Sequence record: SRR22947725_1153
Length of the DNA: 43,755 bases
Strand: one strand, 5' to 3'
The position numbers were made by a program, and so were the translations under genes. The notes under the pieces are model-generated. The model searched no databases and was not told the DNA's origin. It saw only the letters and a list, made by a program, of their open reading frames with translations. Of the stretch, positions 9,969 through 21,046 are shown piece by piece. Every line of letters starts with the position of its first letter. The first letter of the stretch is position 1.

Positions 9969-11390
<1,422 letters not shown>

Positions 11391-11457
11391 TTATATCTTT
11401 TAAGCCGGTAAGCCGTTTTACTCCATGCTGAACACAATTCAGCCTTAAGAGCAGAGC

Positions 11458-11487
11458 ACATTAAGGGGTGTCATTAAAACATGTCAA
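11458..11487 (-). promoter_or_regulatory. Putative sigma70-type promoter for atpDC
   Basis: Minus strand TTGACA (11487-11482), 18-nt spacer, TAATGT (11463-11458), about 80 nt upstream of the atpD ATG. Confidence 0.5.
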
Positions 11488-11603
11488 GCTGGCAATTGGC
11501 CATGCAGCCAGTTCTTGGCAATCATTCCAGAGACTATTAGACGTTATTAGATTAACTTATAAGCTGTACTAGAACCTGGCCACTGATTAGGTTTTCTGAA
11601 TTT

Positions 11604-12557
11604 TCAGGCACTCAGCATGCGGTCGATCTTCAGCAGCAATTCGTCGTGAATTACAATCTCCCCCGCCTTGACTGTTTCAAGAATTTGTTCAGGACGGCGC
11701 GCACCTGCAATCGCGGCAGTCATTTCACTTCGTCGCAGAACCCACGCCAGCGCGAGTTGGGGGAGAGTGATTTCCATCTGCGCAGCAACAGGGCGTAATT
11801 GTTCGATAATGCTCAGATTGGCTTCCAGTTGCGGGGAAGTGAAAAACGGGTTTGCCTTTCGCCAATCATTGGCAGGCAAATTCTGAACGCGTTCTTTGGA
11901 AAATCTACCCGTCAACAATCCCGCTTGCATGGGGCTGTAAGCGACTATCCCTATTTGGTTTTCTCGACAATAGGGCAGAATCTCCTCTTCCACTTCTCGG
12001 CGTAGCATGCTGTAGGGCGGTTGCAACGAGGTCACAGGGTGAATCGGCTGGATGCGTTTGAGCTGCTCCATGTTGAAATTTGAAACGCCAGCATAGCGGA
12101 TCTTACCCGCTTCCACCAACTCAGCCACCGCGCCCCAACCTTCTTCGATTTCCTCATCGGGCTCCGGCCAGTGAATTTGATATAAATCAATGCAATCGAT
12201 TCCCAAACGCTGGAGGCTGACATCGACTTCACGATGGACGCTCTCTCGCCTGAGGCTTTTACCAATCTCCCGGCTTTCCCCCTCCCAAAACCGTCCACAT
12301 TTGGTCGCAATCAAAACATCATCGCGCCGATCCTGAATTGCCTTGCCCACCACTCGCTCGGCATGTCCATGCCCGTATATGGCCGCCGTATCAATCCAGT
12401 TCACCCCAGCATCAAGAGCCTGATGCACCGAGGCGATGGATGCAGAGTCATCCTGATCCCCCCAACCAAACTTCCAATCGCCACCTCCCATCGCCCAGGT
12501 TCCCAGGCCGATCGGTGTGAGATGCAAGTCGCTGTATCCGAGTTTTCGTGTCTTCAT
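11604..12557 (-). CDS. Aldo/keto reductase
   Basis: IGLGTWAMGG, IDTAAIYG, IATKCG, IDLYQIHWP, GVSNF, YSPMQAGLLTG. The catalytic D/Y/K/H tetrad appears intact. Confidence 0.93.
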   Translation of the reverse strand: MKTRKLGYSDLHLTPIGLGTWAMGGGDWKFGWGDQDDSASIASVHQALDAGVNWIDTAAIYGHGHAERVVGKAIQDRRDDVLIATKCGRFWEGESREIGKSLRRESVHREVDVSLQRLGIDCIDLYQIHWPEPDEEIEEGWGAVAELVEAGKIRYAGVSNFNMEQLKRIQPIHPVTSLQPPYSMLRREVEEEILPYCRENQIGIVAYSPMQAGLLTGRFSKERVQNLPANDWRKANPFFTSPQLEANLSIIEQLRPVAAQMEITLPQLALAWVLRRSEMTAAIAGARRPEQILETVKAGEIVIHDELLLKIDRMLSA

Positions 12558-13074
12558 AGATGAGTTAAATAATGAATTCAGGGTATCGAATCATCACGAT
12601 CCTCACAATGCATTAAGCACTACCCAAATGCGGGTGTCAGAACTGGCGCGTCGATGACTGATATTGCGAACGGACATCCAAGTCGAATACAAACTGAGAA
12701 ATCTATGCTCGTGCCCCAACAAAGGTAACAGCGGGTCGTCCAGGCACACTGACCTCATGGTTCTCGCAGCAATTGAGCCATTAAGAACTTCCAGGCGATC
12801 AGGCAATTCTCAGAGTTCCGATTGTAGCCCCATGACTCGTCCAGAGTAGGGTTGCCGTCTTTGTCGTATGGATGCTGGAGGGCGCCATTTTTACCTTTGC
12901 CTTGGTTCCTTGCTTGATCACCCGGAACTTCTGTAGCTGCCGCTGTTTTGCGATTTCCGATGGTCTCGCAGTCGGTTCGATACTCTCGAGTCAAGTTGCC
13001 ATTAACACTCAGACGCGTGCCCCTCGGTCCGACAATTCGATTGCTTGAGCAGAAAGACACTTTTAGAATACACC

Positions 13075-15276
13075 ATGCGACCGATCTCATGCTCAAAGCT
13101 GCTGCCAAGGATCCCAAATGCCACTTGGATTGCCGGGCTCTTTTGTTTGGTGTCTCAAGCCGCAGAACCAGAAGAGCGCACTTCTGCAAATGCTTGGCGC
13201 ATGGAAGACCCCGGTGCTCGTGCCGGCATGCCTTTGTACCAGGTGATTCCTGCCGCGAAAGATCATGCATTAACGCCGGCTTCAACAAATGAGATTCATT
13301 CCAAGTTTTCTACTGGCGACTGGCACCGGTCGCATGGAGGGCATGCCAACCAGCGATTTTCGCCACTGGATCAAATTCATCGAGACAATGTCGCGCAATT
13401 GGAACAAGCCTGGATCTATCACTCCAAAGATGGCGCAGGAAACATTCAATGCAATCCAATCGCAGTTGATGGCCTGATCTATGCCCCTACCGTAGGAGGT
13501 GCCATTGTGGCGATCGACGGAGTGACCGGAAGCGAACGATGGCGATATCAATGCGACCAACGGCCGGCGTTTAGAGGATTGACCTATTGGAAGAGCGATA
13601 CCCTCAAAAAACCCCGATTGCTGTTCAATGCCGGAGATTGGCTTTACGCTCTCGATGCCGATTCTGGACACCCCCTTGAAACGTTTGGAAATCAGGGTCG
13701 CGTGAAGACGGGGCATTTTCGAGTGGCACCAGCGATTTATCAGGATTTGATATTGATTGCTGGATACGATGGCGACGCCTTCGCCTTTGATTTCCATACC
13801 GGTGAAAAAAAATGGACATTCCACACGCGACCTCATGAGGGAGAATTGGGACATGAGACCTTGGGCGCACTGGAAGCCGGAGCGAATTGCTGGAGTGGTA
13901 CGGCTCTGGATGATGGGCGCGGCATCTTCTTTCTGACCACTGGATCGCCCAAACCCAATTTCATCGGAACAGGCCATTGGGGAGATAATTTGTTCAGCAA
14001 CTGCGTCCTTGCCCTGAATGCTCGCACTGGCGCTCGCTTGTGGCATGTTCAGGAAATACGCCACGATATTTGGGATTTAGATATTCCCGCGCCCCCTGTC
14101 CTGACGACTATTCGTCACGAGCAGCGTGATGTGGACGCAGTCGCGGCTGTCACAAAACTCGGCAACACGCTTCTGCTGGATCGTGTCACAGGCGAACCAC
14201 TGTTCCCTTTTCGACTCAAAAGAGCACCGATTTCAAAGTTACACGGGGAGCGAACTGCACCTTATCAACCCGATCTACAATGGCCCCAACCCTTCGCGCG
14301 TCAACGGTTCGGAATCAATCAAATTACCAACCTTTCAAACGAAGCCCATGAATCGGTGCTTCAGCAGTTGAGGAACGATGAAACAGGCATCCACTCCAAC
14401 ATGGGTTGGTTTGAGCCATTTGAAGCGGGCATGCCAACCGCACTGTTCGGCATTCATGGTGGCGCCGAATGGACCGGCGCTTCGTTCGACCCAAAAACCG
14501 GGTTTCTGTATGTTACCTCCAACGAACTACCATGGTTCCCTACCGTTTCACGACTGCCATTGACGATCGATGACCATTTGGTCCCTCCTTCCGAAGGTCG
14601 TAAAATTTATGAAACGCATTGCATGGCTTGCCACGGACATTCCCGCGAAGGATCAGGTGTTCACCCACCATTAATCCTGATTGGAGCAAGAAAAACCGAA
14701 CCGGAGATTCGGAATTTACTGACTTCAGGGCGCAATCTGATGCCCGCCGCAGAAGGTTTGGATGAAGCCATGACCGATGCTCTCGTCGACTATTTACTCA
14801 CCGCAGACAACCAAGCGAAGTCCCATCCCCGCGCCCAAGCCAAATTCCCTTCCTACACTTACAACGGCTATCCCAAATTACTCGACAATGAAGGATTCCC
14901 CGGATGCAAACCTCCGTGGGGAACCTTGAATTGCATTGATCTGAATTCGGGAATCTTGCGCTGGCAAGTCCCATTGGGTGAGCACGAGGTCCTGACAGAG
15001 CGAGGCATCCCGATCACTGGCACGGAAAACTTTGGAGGCTCAATGACAACGGCAGGTGGTCTCGTTTTCGCGGCGGGTACGCGGGATCTTAAAATCCGAG
15101 CCTTCGACAGTGCGACCGGTGAGGAACGATGGTCACATCAACTCCCCTTTGGCGGATACGCTCCACCCGCAAGTTATCGGGCGGACGGCAAACAATATAT
15201 ACTGATCCCCTCCACCGGCGGGGGCAAACTAGGAGGCGAACAGGGAGACGCATATGTGGCGTTCACGTTACCTTAG
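13075..15276 (+). CDS. PQQ-dependent quinoprotein (glucose dehydrogenase-like) with an inserted mono-heme c domain
   Basis: RFSPLDQI, AWIYH, GANCWSG, HDIWDLDIPAPP, PPWGTLNCIDL, WQVPLG, GTENFGG. CMACH plus a downstream LMP inserted in the propeller. Signal-like N-terminus from ATG 13075; the track start at 13045 is a less likely alternative. Confidence 0.88.
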   Translation: MRPISCSKLLPRIPNATWIAGLFCLVSQAAEPEERTSANAWRMEDPGARAGMPLYQVIPAAKDHALTPASTNEIHSKFSTGDWHRSHGGHANQRFSPLDQIHRDNVAQLEQAWIYHSKDGAGNIQCNPIAVDGLIYAPTVGGAIVAIDGVTGSERWRYQCDQRPAFRGLTYWKSDTLKKPRLLFNAGDWLYALDADSGHPLETFGNQGRVKTGHFRVAPAIYQDLILIAGYDGDAFAFDFHTGEKKWTFHTRPHEGELGHETLGALEAGANCWSGTALDDGRGIFFLTTGSPKPNFIGTGHWGDNLFSNCVLALNARTGARLWHVQEIRHDIWDLDIPAPPVLTTIRHEQRDVDAVAAVTKLGNTLLLDRVTGEPLFPFRLKRAPISKLHGERTAPYQPDLQWPQPFARQRFGINQITNLSNEAHESVLQQLRNDETGIHSNMGWFEPFEAGMPTALFGIHGGAEWTGASFDPKTGFLYVTSNELPWFPTVSRLPLTIDDHLVPPSEGRKIYETHCMACHGHSREGSGVHPPLILIGARKTEPEIRNLLTSGRNLMPAAEGLDEAMTDALVDYLLTADNQAKSHPRAQAKFPSYTYNGYPKLLDNEGFPGCKPPWGTLNCIDLNSGILRWQVPLGEHEVLTERGIPITGTENFGGSMTTAGGLVFAAGTRDLKIRAFDSATGEERWSHQLPFGGYAPPASYRADGKQYILIPSTGGGKLGGEQGDAYVAFTLP

Positions 15277-15607
15277 AACAAAGCAAAAGAGGCGCGTTTC
15301 TATTTTCTGTATTTCCAGTTCCAACGTGAAGGAATGCTTTTTATTGTAGATCGGAATATTGCAAGTTGAGGGCTGTAGCCGTTTTTGATTCAACGCTCTT
15401 TTAAATATTGATCTGTGCCCCCTTTGAGGGAAGATCCTAAGCCCAGCAAGCTCAGGCCACATCATCCATGCAGCAGTCAGCTTGGAGTGCATGATCAGAT
15501 GCATGGAAGAGACCTGGAAAAAACTGCAATCGAAAAAACTCGAGTTTACCCTTGGTTTAGTGAGTATTGAGTCTGTGATGATTTCTACGACAAATGACAA
15601 CTTGCGA

Positions 15608-16429
15608 ATGGCGACGCTTCTTTGTTTCAAGTGGTTTTTCGTTTTCTTGCTCTCTCTTGCATCGCATGCCATTGCATCAGGGGAATACATCAAGATCATC
15701 AACTGGAATGTTCTTTATGGATTCAACCACCATCAATCGGCGAAAGAGGGAAGCGACTGGATCATAAAAAAACAACCCGACGTTGTCGCATTTCAGGAAT
15801 TGAACGGGATAGCAGAAGAGCAACTCGGACATTATTCCGCTGCCTGGAATCATCCTTATGCGATCACCCATAAGGAAACCGGATTCCCTGTGGGACTTAC
15901 CTCAAGAGAGCCCATACAAGTCATCGAACGCAATCAAAAGGGTGGCCACCATGGTTACCTTCATTGCAGGACCTACGGCATGCATTTCTTTGTTGTTCAT
16001 TTCTGGCCTGGAGTCTTTTTTGAAATCGACCGAGTCATGGTCAAGGTCAGGAAGCTGCTGGAGGAGAAACAGAAGGTCGTCATTCTTGGTGATTTCAATG
16101 GGTGCTCGCGAAAGGACACCGACTTTCTGAAAACCAATGCCACCTTGCGAAAAATAGATTTTGAATTTGTCGACAGGGTAGAAGCAGCAGGACTGGTCGA
16201 CCTGGTCCACAAGCACGATCCAAGCGCCAAAGTTTCATGTCCTTCTCCCATTACAATCCCAAAATGGACTGCCAACATACAGGAATTAAAAATGAAGCAA
16301 TATCGGATCGATTTTATTTTTACTGACTCCGACCTCGCTGAAAATTCAATCTCAGGAAGCATTTGTCTTGATAAGGAAATCGATACCATTTCCGATCACT
16401 ACCCGGTCATTGTAGAGCTGAAGCGCTGA
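15608..16429 (+). CDS. Exported endonuclease/exonuclease/phosphatase (EEP) family protein
   Basis: NWNV, DVVAFQE, ILGDFN, RIDFIF, SDHYPV. Signal peptide MATLLCFKWFFVFLLSLASHAIA from ATG 15608. Confidence 0.88.
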   Translation: MATLLCFKWFFVFLLSLASHAIASGEYIKIINWNVLYGFNHHQSAKEGSDWIIKKQPDVVAFQELNGIAEEQLGHYSAAWNHPYAITHKETGFPVGLTSREPIQVIERNQKGGHHGYLHCRTYGMHFFVVHFWPGVFFEIDRVMVKVRKLLEEKQKVVILGDFNGCSRKDTDFLKTNATLRKIDFEFVDRVEAAGLVDLVHKHDPSAKVSCPSPITIPKWTANIQELKMKQYRIDFIFTDSDLAENSISGSICLDKEIDTISDHYPVIVELKR

Positions 16430-16615
16430 CTCGAGTATCCTGTCCGGGAAAGATCAAGGAGGATCACCCTGCATCAATGACTGAGGATTAATGTTTTTGT
16501 TTGATATTTTCGAAATCGAACCTGAAGCCTGTATCCGCTCAACAAGGCGCATCGCGTGCGAATCAAGGCCGTCACCAACTACCTGTCATTGAAAGCGTGC
16601 AGTTATACCATTGAC

Positions 16616-19600
16616 TTAGCGAGACAGCCTGAAAAACGACTGCGCCTGATTGGGCAAAACAGTATATGAAGTAGGAGTATCCTGTCGCACATTCTGTCCT
16701 TCACTCACAGATCGCCAGGGGCCGAAAAGACTGGCCGCAGCTTCGAGATTGAAATCGGTTCTACCCTCGGACCATTGAAGAACGATATTGCCGGCATCGA
16801 GTGACAATGCCAACAAAGGAGGAGACAGTCGTGGCTCGATGAAACTGTTCAGGTAATCATGGCGTCGCTGAATATGGTTCATGAGGCTGTTCACGTTCCC
16901 GCTGCGCCCACCTTCAGCAGCAATGGCCTCGATGACGGGCCTGAGGTTCTCGGGGGAATGTACGGTATTGTTGAGTTGATGAAACATCGACAGGAATTCC
17001 TGTTCATAGGCGATGAAGAACGAATCCTTGATACGATTCCACCACCCTGACCGGTTCCCTACGTTACCCACCCTTCGTTCTTCCGCTCCACGAAAAGGGT
17101 TGGCATTCCATTGACCAAACGCCCCTCCCAGAGTGTTGTCCATATCCCAGGGAAGCATGCACCATTTGTTGTCCTCAGCTTTACGGTAGAGAAAATGGTT
17201 TTGAAACATGTCATCAAAAGTACCCACGTAATTGATCGTGCATATGTAGCGCAGGGTTTGATCGACATCGAAATTCTCCGAAAGCCATTGGCGTAAGGCT
17301 TGTGGCCCTCGCCCTCGGGCCGCATGAAGCGCTTCGATCATGGGTTCAACAATATCGGGATTACCATCCTCAGGCTGATTTTTCCAACCCAGTGTTTTTC
17401 GGTTGAAGGTGTATTCGTAACGCTCTGACTCGCTGAAGCGATTGCGCGTTCCCCGAATCAAGCGGGCATCCCCCCAACTCCAGGGCCCCTCATCCCCTGT
17501 GTAACCCTGTGACTTGAAGAGATCACCTACTTCGTCATACCAGCGACCCACCAGATCCTTACCCGGACGTTCAATTTGGAAAGCATCCCGATTGAAATTA
17601 CATCCGTTGATCCGCAGATCCGACCATGAGGTACGCGGAGATGGGACACCAGCCAGTTCAAACATTTTGAAGGAGATACGCTGCGGCCAACCTGATTGTT
17701 TCTGCAAATGAATGATATCCAGTCCATCCCAGTTCCGATAAGAAGGAAATCGAACACGCCAGCTTCTAACCTGGGCGCTGCCATTTTGATGAGAAGGGCA
17801 ATCAAAGGAAATATTGCTGCCGCCACGACGATTCCAACGACTTCCCTGATGCCTTACCGTCACATCAAAAACCTGCCCCAACGACACAAAAGTAGCTGGC
17901 ACCTCATTATTCCATGTCGGGTTGGGCTGACTTCCAGAAACTCTGCCTGCATTGGTCCATGAGTGAAGGCGTCTCCAATTGGCAGAGGAAAGGAACAGGT
18001 GATATTGGTTGGGTTGATTCGTGGAAACCTCTGGATCCACAAAGTAAGCATGCCATTCAAACGCGTCTCTTTCAGGTGAAGGACTCAAAATATTCCGCCC
18101 ACCCTCAAGCTGCAGACGGATGCGATAACGCACCACCGAATTAGCAGAAAAAGCAGGTAACGTCATTGCGTATTGCTCCCTCAATTCCGCTCCCTGGGCA
18201 TCGATATCAGGACGCATCACGAGCTCGGCAATCGTTTCGTTTTCAGTCTCATGATCATCCACAAAGTATTCGATGATCACATTTTGAATCGTATCCAATC
18301 GTGCAGCGGACGGCCATTGAACTGAAATGACAGGTGTTGTTGAAGCCACTACTTTAACAGGGCTCAGGGTAATCGATTGCGGTCCGTTCAACAATCCACA
18401 GTCCCATTCAGGATTTGGCACATGCGGCGTGGGATCTTCAACAGCCACCCAGTTCCCGGGGAGTTCACCGGACTCCATATCACAGTTTCGCCGCAACGAG
18501 TATCCAAGCTTGGGGTGACCTTCCATTCCGTCAGCCAAAGAGGGCCAGGGAAAATCATCGTCATAACAAACTCGGTCGGTCAAGCGGCCGTCTTGTCGTA
18601 TTAAAGCGATTTCTCCTCCCCCATTCGGTAGTGTACCGATCAAGGGTTCGGACAGGAGAGTCCCACCAAAATTAAACTCTCCGGCGAGTTGATCAGGTGA
18701 CACAGCCACTGTCACGTGCCCCCCTGCTGGCAACAAAGTCTGGTCGGCAAACAAGTAAAATGCACTGCCGGCAATCGCCCAGCCCCCCAGATCAACAACT
18801 TGATCACTGATATTTTGTAATTTGATGAATTCGTAGAGAGATTCATCCTCGGTATCGGCTGCGGCATGATAGAGAAATTCACTGATCACGATCATTTCCG
18901 GTGTGTCAGGAGGACAATCGTTCAGAAAATTGGGGCTACCGGGCGAAGGCATACCGATCGGTGAACCAAACCATTGACCCGCTGCATTAACACGATCATC
19001 CCAGCATGCCCTTTCAATGGAAGAACCCAAACCATCTGCAGTCACTGGCCAGGGCGCAGAGTCCGAAAAATCAATCCAATCGACCGCCACATCAAACGCA
19101 TCCAGCAGCCCAAGCGATTCCCCACCATTGCGCAGACGTCCTCGAAAGACCTCATCCACCCGGGAAAGGGGAATACCAAATTCAAACGCAGCTGATTCGG
19201 CATCGCTGGCGATGAGCTGAAGTCCATTTCCCGGCAAAGATGCAGCCCCTGGAAACTGAAAGTTGACACCAGCCAAGCTCCAGTTCCCAATGGATATCTC
19301 CTCGCTGGAAATATTGCTGATCTCAATGAATTCAGCATTTTCGTTGAGCTGCGGATGATACATCACTTCATTTAAGACCACAGCGCCATGACGGTTTCGT
19401 TGATTTGCCTGCCCGGGTGTAGCTGTGCCCTGATAAAACCACTGATCGCCGCCATCAGGAAAACGAGCAAGGGACATATCCATTTCCATTGGCCCAAAGG
19501 CATAAGATGCGGCGACGTAGGAACCATCTTCCGATGAGAGAAAAATGGATTCACCCTGCGAGCTCAAACCAAAACCAGCCTGATCGACACTCGCTTCAAT

Positions 19601-20962
19601 GACCAGGTGACCTTTGGCCGGAATGATCGATCCAGTGGGGATCTGGTAGAGCATCAATGGATCGGGTTTATCAGACAACCACATGCCCCTCAGATCCACG
19701 GGTGCGTCTGTCGGATTGTAAAGCTCCACGTAATCAGGCGACTCGGAACCGTTTGCAAAAACTTCATTGATAACCACCGCACGCTGTTGCTCGTCAATAC
19801 TTGGAAGTTCCCTCAAGGTCAGGCTTAACTCGGGTGCCATTACAAAATCCGAGCTATTTCCAATACCAACATTATGACCCTGAATGGCCAGCCAATTGCG
19901 TCCGGACACCAGCAAATTCTGCCGCGATGTCAGATCAATCGTTTGCGGATCATAATCCGAACCGGCATTGGACGATTGATCGAAGGCAGGAGGATTTCCG
20001 TTGACCCCCTCTGCTCCCACACGCACACCATTCAGGTAAACCACAAAACTATCATCATAGTTCATGGTAAGCTGAAGGGATTTCAATCGGTCAATATCTG
20101 ATCCATTCAATTCAAAAGGAACACGCGCATAGACCGACAGATAATTGTTCCGCATGTCATTCAGGGTAGTACTCAGGTGTGATGCTTCCGCCGCGTTATT
20201 GCTGTATCCAAACCCGGTTCGCCCGCTCAACCACGCATTGTTCGTCTCGAATGCAGGCTTGGCCCAATCGGTATTCCCATTACTGGGTTCCTTCACCCCC
20301 TTGAAGTAAAAACCCTGTACTCCTTTTTGAATCAGCATGCGCTGAAGATTGCCCTCATTCCCCGCGGGCTCAGCTGCACCCGGGGAACCCCCGATAGCCC
20401 GACTGGATTGCCAACTGGAGGATAAATCATTGTCCAGAGTCAAATCTTTGAGAACCAAGGAATGTCCTGCTCCATCCGCCGAGGCAGGCCAAGCCCCTGC
20501 CGTTCCATAACGAAATCTGAGCACCGTTTCGCCAAGGGGGTCCACCAGCCGAATGGTTTCGCCGGCATTGCTCAATTGCCCGGTATAATTACCAATGACA
20601 TTTTGAAGACTATAGTGCTGTTTGACCGCACTGCTATCCCCTGCCACCAACAGAAAAGAACCGGGCTGTAAACTCGAGCCATTGGGAAATACAAACTCAA
20701 CACCTTGGGAAAATTGATAATTTCCCAGTTGAATCACTGACGTCCCTGTGTTCGTGAGTTCGATAAATTCAAGAGACTCGGTTCCGTCCTCAAGGGATTC
20801 CCCCGCTGGGTGATACATTATTTCAGTAAGCACCAAATCAGCTCGCATCCACAGGGCTGGCATCAGCAGGGCAGCTAGCACAAGCACCCAGTAAGGTTTG
20901 GGACAGCCTAAAGGCGAAGACAGCTGCATTGGATCTTTTGTTCTCGGGGGCAGATTATTCAT
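16616..20962 (-). CDS. Exported lamin-tail-domain (x4) plus CotH-kinase protein with a C-terminal FFRL domain
   Basis: Four LTD starts (LVLTEIMYHP, VVINEVFAN, VVLNEVMYHP, IVISEFLYH) with EFIEL-like motifs. Jelly-roll-like insert (YDDSFVVYLNG). CotH-like region VRHQGSRW...GTFDDMFQNHFLY...PWDMDNTLG. Hydrophobic N-terminus; start uncertain (20962 or 20929). Confidence 0.85.
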   Translation of the reverse strand: MNNLPPRTKDPMQLSSPLGCPKPYWVLVLAALLMPALWMRADLVLTEIMYHPAGESLEDGTESLEFIELTNTGTSVIQLGNYQFSQGVEFVFPNGSSLQPGSFLLVAGDSSAVKQHYSLQNVIGNYTGQLSNAGETIRLVDPLGETVLRFRYGTAGAWPASADGAGHSLVLKDLTLDNDLSSSWQSSRAIGGSPGAAEPAGNEGNLQRMLIQKGVQGFYFKGVKEPSNGNTDWAKPAFETNNAWLSGRTGFGYSNNAAEASHLSTTLNDMRNNYLSVYARVPFELNGSDIDRLKSLQLTMNYDDSFVVYLNGVRVGAEGVNGNPPAFDQSSNAGSDYDPQTIDLTSRQNLLVSGRNWLAIQGHNVGIGNSSDFVMAPELSLTLRELPSIDEQQRAVVINEVFANGSESPDYVELYNPTDAPVDLRGMWLSDKPDPLMLYQIPTGSIIPAKGHLVIEASVDQAGFGLSSQGESIFLSSEDGSYVAASYAFGPMEMDMSLARFPDGGDQWFYQGTATPGQANQRNRHGAVVLNEVMYHPQLNENAEFIEISNISSEEISIGNWSLAGVNFQFPGAASLPGNGLQLIASDAESAAFEFGIPLSRVDEVFRGRLRNGGESLGLLDAFDVAVDWIDFSDSAPWPVTADGLGSSIERACWDDRVNAAGQWFGSPIGMPSPGSPNFLNDCPPDTPEMIVISEFLYHAAADTEDESLYEFIKLQNISDQVVDLGGWAIAGSAFYLFADQTLLPAGGHVTVAVSPDQLAGEFNFGGTLLSEPLIGTLPNGGGEIALIRQDGRLTDRVCYDDDFPWPSLADGMEGHPKLGYSLRRNCDMESGELPGNWVAVEDPTPHVPNPEWDCGLLNGPQSITLSPVKVVASTTPVISVQWPSAARLDTIQNVIIEYFVDDHETENETIAELVMRPDIDAQGAELREQYAMTLPAFSANSVVRYRIRLQLEGGRNILSPSPERDAFEWHAYFVDPEVSTNQPNQYHLFLSSANWRRLHSWTNAGRVSGSQPNPTWNNEVPATFVSLGQVFDVTVRHQGSRWNRRGGSNISFDCPSHQNGSAQVRSWRVRFPSYRNWDGLDIIHLQKQSGWPQRISFKMFELAGVPSPRTSWSDLRINGCNFNRDAFQIERPGKDLVGRWYDEVGDLFKSQGYTGDEGPWSWGDARLIRGTRNRFSESERYEYTFNRKTLGWKNQPEDGNPDIVEPMIEALHAARGRGPQALRQWLSENFDVDQTLRYICTINYVGTFDDMFQNHFLYRKAEDNKWCMLPWDMDNTLGGAFGQWNANPFRGAEERRVGNVGNRSGWWNRIKDSFFIAYEQEFLSMFHQLNNTVHSPENLRPVIEAIAAEGGRSGNVNSLMNHIQRRHDYLNSFIEPRLSPPLLALSLDAGNIVLQWSEGRTDFNLEAAASLFGPWRSVSEGQNVRQDTPTSYTVLPNQAQSFFRLSR

Positions 20963-21046
20963 ATTTGAGGAGTATATATCAGCAGGTACGGTGCCACTCC
21001 CACCACAGGTATCAGGTTATCTCGGACGATCTGGATCAGGATAACC

